Shown here: in pieces, positions 37,901 to 48,450 of the stretch
How positions within the stretch are numbered: position 1 is the first letter of the stretch
How the letters are laid out: each line of letters opens with the position of its first letter
NCBI GenBank assembly: GCA_000708835.1
Contig: DF237323.1
Coordinates: forward strand, 26,074-90,073
DNA from: Klebsormidium nitens
Taxonomy: Eukaryota; Plantae; Klebsormidiophyceae
Direction of reading: 5' to 3'
DNA length: 64,000 nucleotides
Made by a program: the position numbers and the translations under genes
Notes under the pieces: generated by a model
Told to the model about the DNA's origin: nothing
Seen by the model: only the letters and a program-made list of their open reading frames with translations
The model's database searches: none

Positions 37901-40296
37901 TCGAATAAAATTAAAGCGGGTTGGTCCACCCTTACAAAGGCCACTCCGTAACGAACACCCGGGCCTCCGTATTCGTTGCACTGGGGTAAAAGATTCGGAG
38001 TCTTCTCCTCCAACACCGGAGACCCGTCCGGCTTCTCCCTTTTCCTGTCCGTGTAGAGCAGAATCGGTACCTGTAAACCATTGATAAGGTTCCGAAAGAT
38101 GGGATATCAGAATCCAATTCTTCAAACCTTGTTCAAAACAATAAAGAGACTAATTTGATTGAAGAGGTGTATAAAAAGGAGCTGGCGAAAGTTGATATAC
38201 GGGGCAATTTATTTGGAAGTCCGATCCGAAGAAGAGCAGATTGCGGAACGTGCGTCACCATCTGACATCTGACATCGACCCGATATCGCTTCCCAGGTTA
38301 AAACACCCGAGTCGACTAATCTGGACAGCAAAGAGCACAAGGATCCGAGAAAGCCTAAGCAAATTCTTGAATCTGTGTCTTACCACTGCGGAGTGTTCGC
38401 TGCGGATGATTTTCATTCTTTCCATCCGTCCTTCCAGGGTCATTGGGGGAGGGGTACCGTCAACGCCCGGGAAGGCACCGGTGGCTGCAAGCGTGTCCCA
38501 ATCCACAGCTTCTCTTGAAGTGGCAACTGGGTCGTCGAGTTCCTTCACAGACTCCAACTGCACAGGAAATTAAAGAAAAATATCACAGTTGATTCGTCAC
38601 GAGTTTGTCAGATGTGAACAAAAGAAAGAGCAAGAACCTTTGATGGACTATATGCAGAACAGTCTGAAGTCTGTTGGGGGTGCTGGGGTACACTATACTC
38701 AAGCTGTACAAAGTCCGCCAAGTAAGGATCGGATGACGCAGACAGATGATGCCACAAGCGATAGGACGATGATGACCACTTACTACCCGCCTCGGGCGCA
38801 GATACTTCTGCAATTCCAAAAACCGCTCAATACGTGCGCCAACTCCGTTGTGTTGAATCGAAAAGTGCAACCTATCTGATACGCAGCACTTCCCCCTCCT
38901 TTGCCGCAGCGAAAAAGGGTTCTGGCGGAGCCCTCTTGTTGACTCCTCTTTCTTTCAGCTATCCGCGAAGGAGATTCTCAGCGGATTAAAGCTCGACACG
39001 TACCATCATTTCCAGGGTGTTTCGCAAATCGTGAGCCGCGTCCTCCACGTTCTGTTCGTACATTTCTCCCGTCCATAGGTAGCACAACATTCCATCGTTC
39101 CGCCACAGGTCTTCCGGCAGCTTCCGGCGGATCCTCGCCGCCAGCGGATCGCCCATCGCTCTAATAGTATCAAGGAGCGCTATCACGTGCTGGTGACAAG
39201 CAGGGGGGTCTGACGCCGCGTTCTGGATACATTCCGCTGAGTTCTTGAGCGGAATTAGCAGGCGAGCGGAAAGAGAGACGAAGGCGAGGGCGTGGGTCAC
39301 GCGGCGCAGGGTGAGGTAGTCGTCGGGGAGGAAGAGACTGCTGACGTCAGCGGGGATCTGGAATGTCCTTGTTGTCTGCAAGGCAGGACCGATCGGTTCC
39401 AGTCATCTTTTCAGGTATATATCTTCGGGTACATCAATGAAGATTTTGCGCGCGAGCGCTGTACTGGACCGCAAGCAAATATACGAGGCCAATGCATCAA
39501 ACGAGTGACAAAGGGGACGCATTTGGTGAAAAGTGAAGGCCACCCAATGTCGCAAAATGCGAAGTGACAAGTGTATTAGACAAGCCGCTGTTTTCGAAGA
39601 TGACGAGAACCCGCTCAAATGTGGCACTGCCTAGGCACTTGAAAAGATTTTTGAGCGAAGCTTGAATGCGAATCTACTAACCCTATGCCAGGCGTAGCTG
39701 GTTAGGGCTCAAACGAACACACATCGCAAATCCCTGATCGAAGCGAGGATCACTTAAAACAAGAAACCCCTTGAACAAACACAGGCAGCTCGTTCAAATC
39801 CTCGCCAGAGTTGGTCAAAGGTTTGTTTGACGTACCTCTTGGCCCAAAAGCCTTGGAAGAGTCTCCCAGCTTTCAAGTTCAATCTCCTCTAGGACCAGAT
39901 TCAGATCTTCCAGAGCGCGGTCCGCTATTTCCCAACTCGCCTAGCCAGGCCCGCCGTTTCGATGACCGACTCTTGCAGCGCCTCATTCACTGCCTTCTCA
40001 TAAACACCCTTGAGCCCCTTAACTGCATCTGCTAACCCGCCTAGCTCCTGGACCCAGGTCACAAGGTTAGTAGCTGCTGACAACCGCTTGCGCTGCTCGT
40101 TAACCAGGGCCTTAACCCTCTGGATGGCTAAGGAGTCTCGCAACAGTTGCTGGCTATCATTATCATCATCATCGCTATCACCATCACTGTCATCATCAAC
40201 CAAAATCTGAACAAGTGACAACAGGAATGGGACAGCGTCGAACTGGATCAAACCAGGCGGTGGCTCCAGCCTTGGCCGCACTCCTAGGCCTTCCAT
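34447..40296 (-). pseudogene. Paralog B of the same gene, with frameshift and in-frame stops
   Basis: Exons 40296-39836 (461 nt, frameshift near 39930), 39375-39004, 38557-38384, 38070-37936, 37395-37247, a lipase exon starting at 35602, and last exon 34974-34447. A TAA follows IVPGHNL near 35310. Confidence 0.7.
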
Positions 40297-40579
40297 TATG
40301 CCCAGTCTCTGGAACCCCGGTCCTTCCTTAACACCGTGCGTTTCTTGATGCAAAGAAGCCTGCTCCGAGAACTAATCCACAGCACCGCCCGGCTGCTTTT
40401 CCTCAAGGTCAAGAAGGGTTTCTTCGCTTTGAGGTACGGCAAGAGAGCGCTAGCTTCCTGGTTGAACGCTGCGGCATGCAGGTTGCAGGAATGTGTGGTC
40501 ACGTTCGCCAGTGCAGAAAGACGTCCTGCGAAAGGGCTTTGTTCAAATTCTGCAGGCACCTGTAAGGAGGGACGCATGC

Positions 40580-40860
40580 AAGGCGCGGCACATCGCGGCG
40601 GACGAGCGATCCGCGGCCGCCGCGCCCAGCGCCCAGCGCCCAGCGCCAGTACGCGAGGTTCAACTCAACTTGCACCCGCCGCGCCGCGCGGCGCCAACTT
40701 GGCGCGGCCGCGGACCGAGTGGGCGCGGCCGGGGCCCGAGCCTGGCCGCGTGGGCGCGGCCGCGCCGGCGTTCCCCCAACTTTTCAAGTTTGTGTACTTG
40801 TGCGCGCGCCACAAGGTAATCACTGAGAGCGAGCAGTGCGCGGCGCGGCCGCGCACTTGA
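40580..40860 (-). promoter_or_regulatory. GC/CpG island upstream of paralog B
   Basis: Dense GGCGCGGCCGC and CGCCCAG repeats about 290-560 bp upstream of exon 1. Confidence 0.4.
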
Positions 40861-41514
40861 TGACTTGCGACCAAACGACGGGCGGAGCTCCGCTATTCGT
40901 ACGGAACGTTTGGCAAAGCTCCAGTGACCAATCAAATCGACGACACGGTTACATAGTATGCCCGTTAACTTGCAAGTAGGAGTACGACGCTGATATTGAA
41001 GCAACATTTAGTTGCTCGGCAGAGAACTATTGTCCTGTTTATATCCTACAACTGTGTAATGGCGGCCAATTGATATCGTACAGCAAAAGGCGGGCAGCGC
41101 TCTTTCCGCCAATCTGCGGTGACAGAAAAGTTGCAGCCCGTGATCTATTTCCGGCAAGTTCTCATGAGCTTCATTACATATTGTCCAAACTCTAGCCGGG
41201 GAGTCAATTGAGCATCATGATTGGATGCTGCATGTGGCGGTAGACAGGCAGATCCGGCCTGCCAGTATGCGGCCGTGATGATAAGGTGTGAACTGAAACC
41301 GTATTTGAGTGTTGACGCAGTTGAAAAGAGAATTTTTGACAGTCTTGCTGCTCCTTGAACGGCGTCGTTTTTTAGCCTTCCGGCAGCTTCGTTCCATGGT
41401 TCAAAAGGAAGTCTCGCACAGAATGTACACTAGTAATTCTAGAACCTTGACTATTTTTACTTGATGTACACAAATATCAAACTCGTACTTTGTTCTGTTG
41501 CCTCTCAATCCATC

Positions 41515-42033
41515 CTACTCTTCTAGCTCATACAGATTCTCGTAACCCTCCACCACCTTTCTCTTCTTCCACTGCTCGCCCGACTTCCGTAGAGTCTGTT
41601 CACTCTCGGCCAGAACTCGACGGTTCCTACACAGAAGATTCTGGTTCGTCACGTCACCATATCCACTCCCGCAGCTGATCGTGACGTAATCACCGCAGCA
41701 CACCTCCAAACTCTCGCCATCTTTCGCGCGATCACTAAACTCCAGCAGCTTCTCAAACGCAAACGGCCGGTTGTTCGTCTGGACGTAGCGAACGCACTCC
41801 ACCGGGGGCTCCCCGTTTTTCCCCCGCTTCTCGTTGAACCGTCTCAGCCACATTTCCAAGCTCCCGGCACTTTCAGCGGATGCCGCGACGATGAGTGTGC
41901 CCAAGTAACGGGTTTCGAATTCTCTGTAGGAGGTTGCTAGAGTGCTCGTGACGTAAGAGGCGCCCAAACCGTGGGCAACTAGGTTGACGGGCTTAGCTGT
42001 GGGGGCGAACTGGAAAATGTCTCTCAGGATTAC
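41515..42033 (-). CDS. Terminal lipase-like exon of paralog A
   Basis: atgcag|VILRDIFQFAPTAKPVNLVAHGLGASYVT...YENLYELEE*; open frame to the stop. Confidence 0.7.
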   Translation of the reverse strand, partial: VILRDIFQFAPTAKPVNLVAHGLGASYVTSTLATSYREFETRYLGTLIVAASAESAGSLEMWLRRFNEKRGKNGEPPVECVRYVQTNNRPFAFEKLLEFSDRAKDGESLEVCCGDYVTISCGSGYGDVTNQNLLCRNRRVLAESEQTLRKSGEQWKKRKVVEGYENLYELEE

Positions 42034-45000
42034 CTGCATATGCTCAGCAATCGCATATCAGGAATCTGAGGATCAGTGATTTTTCACCAATCAGCAGTGA
42101 GGTGCGACAGCTTTTATGTAAGACGCAGTACTGAAAATGCAAGTCTTTGCGGCAACGAAGATTGACGGTGGTTTGGTGGGCAAGCTTCATAGAACTGTCA
42201 TCATGCAATTAATACCTGGCAGGCTGATTGGAAATCTGCGTCACTGACTGAAGATCGAATTCTATGAAACGACCATCTGAAATGTTTTCCACTCCACTCC
42301 TACATCTACCTTGAAGACGGTAGATAAACGACGTGGAAAAAGCGCTTCCTCAGCAGCAAGAAACGTAATACCAGTATTAAAAGGTACGGAGAATCGGTAG
42401 ACTAATTGATTAGAACAACAAGGAACAGACCACCAGCACCCTTTCATCCTGTATTAGCGCTTTTGCCTGCGCTACTGTTTGGGCGCTGCAAACGCGCTTG
42501 TTTTTGACGGCATGAAGCCATACAAGATCAATTATATTTTGACGCATCAAGATAAGCTTAAGGATTTCGTCACCTTCAGGTTGTGGGAAAGACGCTGAAC
42601 GCTCTCTTTGTCAGAAAACCAAGCCCCTAGCCCCAGGGAGCCCTCTGAAGGCCAGCCCACGATTACCCCCGGCCCACCCGAGCGGATTCCGCTCTGCAGG
42701 CAGCGGAAGTCGTCAATCAGTGGTGCTTCAAACCCAATAAATCTCTGCAAGCGCCTTTCCGTGGGCACCGAGTAGGAAAGGCCGCTGGATGTCTAAATAT
42801 CGGCCGCCTTCGAAAAACTGAAAAGCAGAAGTTGCGCGGAGCCTCCACTTGATCGAGGCGGAATCCAGAATGAGAAAGTAAATGATGTGCTGGGCTGTAC
42901 TTGAAAGGATTTTGGACTAAAGTGAGCTCGAACAATGTTTTGATCTTGCCGATATGACCCTTATGCCCAAGAGAAAGCCATGATCAGCTCGGCGTCTCAA
43001 TTGAACTGCCGTAGCACTGGCCGCAAAGAATCGGGCTTTTTTTGCAACAGGTGTTTGCAAACAGCAGATCCAAGAACGTCGATGACATGCTGACCACAAC
43101 GTGGACCATGCAGATCCACCGGCCTGAAGAGGAACAGCTGCACGAAGAATAGCCTCAGCAGGGCGAAACTGTAGTGCGTTTTGCAGAGACGAATCGTGAG
43201 TGGATTCGGAATTGATTCTAAGGAGGCTCCGTTTAGATTGTTTAGTACACATAAACCAACAAGAAACGGGACTCAGCAGAGGTTCGAATGAATGTTTGGC
43301 TGTTCTCGACTGAGCTTCGCAGAGTAACACGCATGACCAGGTCTAGGCACTTAGTTAATGTTTTGACCAAAACCTTGCTTCGTCATAACGTACGCACTCT
43401 GCAAGTAGGTTTCTGGGAGGCTCCGAGACCTGCCCAGAAACTGCAAAGTAGCTTGCTCACACGACCACTTCTTCTCCATGATTTACCAATGCCTAACAAT
43501 ATGTGATGGAATTCATGGGGCGTCACTTCAAACTCCAAAAGAGCGTAGAAGGCTCTTCTGATCAATCCCTTACCCCGGGCAAAACATTGCGCCCGGGTCG
43601 TCCATACCGGCGCTCCATGCTGAGTAAAGCTCCAGGAATTGCCGCTTCCGCAGCCGCCAGAACTCGGTAATGTGCATGGCGTCAGAGTCTTTCTTTAGCT
43701 TGCTCTCGTTCGGAATAGAGACCTGAAGAAGGAGGAGATTCTTTTCGCGGTTGCTACCGACACGGGATCTTGCCTAAAAAGTTCTTAATAGCCTCCCGTT
43801 CAAAGGCAGAGACTCTATATAGAAGCCCACTCAAACATTATCTGCAAGCGGCTTGAATTCAATTGGTTTACACAAGTCTCTTCAAAAAGCAATATGACCA
43901 CAAGTTTTATCCTGTTTCGTCATTTCCACCTTCGCGGCCCTGATCAAGAATCTGGGCATGTTCCGATAATCAAGCTGACTGCCCATATAGGCGGATTTGC
44001 ATGTATTTTCGGAAACTCACTGCACGAGGAGCCGTTTCAACGTGCCGGCAATCGTTTCGCAAACGTCAAGCTTCTCAAACCTACGACCAATCAGAAGCGG
44101 CCAAGATAATCTTAATTCAGGCCACCGAGAGAAAGAGCGGAAAGAGCCTTTTCTCACGATCGCTTCATCGGCAGATGAACGTTGTCCTTTCTACGTCCAG
44201 GTCCAAACCCACAAGAAGCTTTGCCTTTGTTGATGCATTTAAAATCGAGGGCACTTTAGTGGGCTTAAATTCCGTTCGCCTAAGAAGCTCGACTTATCCA
44301 AGACTGAATCGCCCCTGCGCTGCAGTTTGATATGGAAGCGTGCGCTTACGAATGCTACTCCGAAGTCGGTATCGATACTCCCCAGTCCGCATGCCTGCGG
44401 AACGAGCGTCGGTTCCTCCCCCCAAGGTGTCTCTCCCTTGAGGTCGTGTTCTTCGCTCCAGCCGCGGTCGCTGGCCAGCAGTACCGGGACCTGAAAACAC
44501 GCAATTTCTGTTCTTTTTCTGTCGCTGAGATTGTCTTGAACTTCCGGTCCTGAATAAAGCTTGACTTTTAGTGCCTTTAACGAAACGGGATGGGCTCCCT
44601 CCTTGTGAACAGTTGGCAATCGATCCTTCACGTCCCACCTTCAAATGGGCTTCGGGACGGAAGTCCGCCCAGGGTGGCTTGTCTTGTTTATCCCTATAAG
44701 GAATTGGACCCTTCGGTATAAAGACAACTGCGATTTATCAGCTGCTCAGAATTGAGTTGAAGAATGGCTTGCGCTGAACAGCTCAGGCCACCACTTCGAA
44801 TCTTCTGCAAGGACTTGCTGATCGATACACGTAGGAAGTGCCGTTAAGCTACGTCTGAGTGAGAAAGCCTAAGATGGTCAGTCTTACTACACCCGGCGGA
44901 CTTGGCTAATCTTTTTATATCAACAAATCATGCCTGTGTTTGCGCGCCGACTGGTCAACCTTCAAACTCGTCGTTTTTGAACCATCAATTAGCGAACGGA

Positions 45001-46980
45001 ACGGACTACGGAAGAATGAACCATCAGTCATCTTTCGACTTACCTTTTTTGCCGTAGGAGCCTGGGCTTTGCTTTTAGGTCGGATTTCGGGACAAGAAAC
45101 TCCCGCCCATTTTACACAGCGTCTTGTAAGGAGCAGTCTATAGGGTTAGATTCATACCACATCGTAGGATTTTCCACGGACGACCTTCGTTCTGTTCAAT
45201 TGTTTCCTCGAGAGTTGGTGGAGCGGCTGTGATCTGGACCCCTGAAAAGGCACCGGTAGCGGCGAGCACGTCCCACTCAGTTGCGTCTCTTGAATTGCCG
45301 ATTGGTTCGTCCACTTTTGCAACACATTCGAGCTGAAAAGGAAAGCAGAAACAAACTTGATACTTCACCTCGTCTTATTAAAGACCAATGGTTCCTAATT
45401 GTATGGAATACAATCCACCAATCGTTTGCGAAGTGGGCAAAGAGCCCGCGTTCTTTTCGTAAGTTTACCAGCAGTTGGGCATACTCGGACTAGCAGAGAT
45501 CGCGCCAAAGAGTGATTCAACAATATTGATCTTTCTGAGACGTTTCCTTGGTTCGCCAGATTTCCAACGCTCCTTCAAGGATCCGACGTCTGCAGAACTA
45601 GAGATATGAAGAGAGGCACTTGAGGGAAAAGATCGAAGAGCTTGGAACGTTAGCAAAGCATTCGGCGGGCAATGGAAGCCGACTTCAGGGCGCTGCTCAG
45701 ATCTTCTTTCGGCAGAACGGAGGCCGTCAAATTTAAATTTGAAACGTCTTTTCTATACACGTCTGCGATCCAACCCTTACCATCATGTCCACAGTGCATT
45801 TTAGATCGTGAGCCGCAGCCACCATGTTCTCCCCATACTCGTTCTCGGTGAATAAGAAGCACGCGCCGTCGTCGTTCTTGTGCAGATCTCCTGGCAAGTT
45901 GTACCGAAGTCTGGCTGCTAGCGGTCCGCCCATCGCTTCGATGTCGCGTAGAAGGGTCAATACACTTTCGTGACACTCTTGCGGATTCGACGCTGCCTTT
46001 TCGATACCTTCTACCGTTTCCTTGATTGATTTAAGAATAGAAGCGGAGAGGGAGACGAAAGCGAGTGAGTGGGTTACGCGTCTTAGGGTCAGGAAGTCAT
46101 CGGTGAGAAAGAGACGGCTGACGTCTGCCGGGATCATTATGCCTTTCTCCTGCAAGACCCAGGAAAGTGCGTTAATTTCGCTGGTTAGCAAAGCCGTTCA
46201 ATCATGGGCTAAGTATACCCTATATTACTTTCGCCCTTAAGCGGAGGCGAAACAGAGGCTATAACGTAAAAAGTCATGTTGGAAATGAAGCATAGTTCTG
46301 TAGCGTCGACTTATGAATAATGAGGGTGCTGATTGTTTTACCAGTAGGAGGCTCCGCTCACCCAGGGAAGCCGCTGCTTAAGATGGAAAAATCGGTGACA
46401 AACAAGCATTGAACCAGTCAGGAGACCAGAAAAACATTCAACAGCTCACAATCTCAGTCCTCAGGGCCAGGCACCACTAGAACAGAATGGTACGTACCTT
46501 GTCATTGAGCAGCTGACTCAAGCCTGGACCCATGGGCACCTCAGGCAGGACCTGAATCTCGGCCAGCAATGTGTGTTCGTCCCAAACGGCCAGATACGAT
46601 TCTACCATTTCCCTGTAGTTCGGGGCTGAAATTGCGCGGCGGCCTAGCGGCGTAACCGCGTCTCTCAAACCCACGTTAACTGCCTCTTCGAACACCCCTC
46701 CGCGCTCCTTAACCACCTCCGCTAACCAGCCCAGCTCCTGGACCCAGGTTACGAGGTCCTCGGTTTCCGCTAATAGCCTGCGCTGCTCGCTAACCAGGGT
46801 TTTGAGCAGCTGGAAGGAGGCGTGTTCTCTGAGGAGGAGACCTCTGTCTTTACTCAAACTCTCGCCTAAACTTGTCATGAAATACGTCAGGAAAAGCGCG
46901 CCCTCCCACCGAACTAGACCGGGCGGAGGTTCGAGTCTTGGCCGCGCTGTTGGCTCTCGTGACTTTGCCGAACACCTCAT
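41515..46980 (-). CDS. Paralog A of an uncharacterised multi-exon gene ending in a lipase-3-like pseudo-hydrolase domain (possibly disabled)
   Basis: Exons 46980-46498, 46149-45781, 45332-45158 (175 nt versus 174 in paralogs, so +1 frameshift), 44490-44350, 43722-43574, a lipase exon starting at 42693, and last exon 42033-41515. The exons align with paralogs B and C in sequence, splice position and phase. Middle exons are not fully resolved. Confidence 0.7.
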
Positions 46981-47369
46981 AGTCTGGATTCATTTTCCAG
47001 GAATATCGGATGATGATCTGCTGGAGACTCTGCTAACAAAGAAGCGCAGTTTGGATCCTGAAAGGAGAAAAGCCTGGCCATTCAGAGCAGCGCGGCTCAG
47101 GCAACGGCTTCCGCGCTGCTCTCTCAATCGGAGTCTAGCTTCAAAGCGCCTACTACCTTCAAGGTAACCTTGATAGAGCAGGGTTTGTTGGCTTTGTTCA
47201 CAATCTGCAGGATATTTCGATGCAGATGCTCCTGTCAGCAGGAACGAAGCATTGGTGGAGAGGAAGGACCTGGTGCACACAGTAGCCATGGCGACCGTTC
47301 CTCTCAAGGCTGCGTGACGTAGCTCTGTCTCTGCGTCTGGCGCTGCTATTCAATGAGATGATATCGGAT

Positions 47370-47590
47370 CGCCAGCGCGGCCGCACGCGGTCTAACGGCT
47401 TAGGCTAGCTGTTGTCGTGGCCGCGCCTCGGCAGCGCCACACGCAAGACTCGGGGGTTTAAGCGGCGAATTGAGTAGGCCCGGCCGCGGGAGTCCGGGCC
47501 GCGCTCCTCTAGGCGGCCGCCGCTTGGCGGGCCGGGCCGCCCGGCAACGCAACGCGCGGCTGTCGTGCCCGCCCTCGCGCCCGGCCATTT
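47370..47590 (-). promoter_or_regulatory. GC/CpG island upstream of paralog A
   Basis: GGCCGC-rich stretch about 390-610 bp upstream of exon 1. Confidence 0.4.
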
Positions 47591-48450
47591 AAGTACAACA
47601 GCAGATTGAACGCTTGGGTTGAACATGCAAATGGCTACTGGGGTTTCGTTCTTATATTTGATCTGCAGGCCGGCCGCCTCCGTGCCAGCTCGTAACACGC
47701 TTCGGACATTTCCGGAGCTGACAGTCTTAACAGCATGAAACGGGCCCCAAGTGTGATCCGGTCCGATCAGGGTGCCAAGCAGGCGATCAACGTGCAGCAA
47801 GAAGGCTTCGACGCGTCTGAATGCTATGCGACGTATTCCATTTTACCGCTAAGCGGCTCCCATTTTCAATCTCATTTCCTTTGAAAGCTAGTTAAATCGG
47901 CGTTATAGATGTCAATTCTTGAAAACGACGACAGTACGCGTGCGCATCAGGCTCCCATGCAAACGTACAGTCGGAATGCTTTAAGAGTCGAGCGATCATC
48001 GGAACATGGCAGTGCAGAAACCTCAATGATGGACGTCACGAAAGAGCTAGAGCTTATCATTGCATACTGAAAGCATTTGCACCCGGCCGGGCTAGCTGCT
48101 GGCACAGCAGCATGCAGACGGCACTGATCGCCGCCGTGGTGGCGGCGGCCATGTGTATCAAATATGGTATATAGGCACTCTGCGGCCCGCACGTTGAGAG
48201 CCGCCATAACTGCGTAGAGCGATAGGCGCTACAGCGCTCGTACTAGATTGTAGCTGGCTATATAGTATGAGTAATCGTATTAACATAATTACGGATGTAT
48301 AACAATCGGCGAACACGCTTTCAAGTTTCTGTTCAGGCTGACTCGTATACACTCTGCATGCCTGAAATACATGCAGTTTGAACGTTGATCCTGAGTCTCT
48401 GAATAACGAAAGCGGCGCAACGAGTGACGGTGATTGTTACAAGTCCTTAA

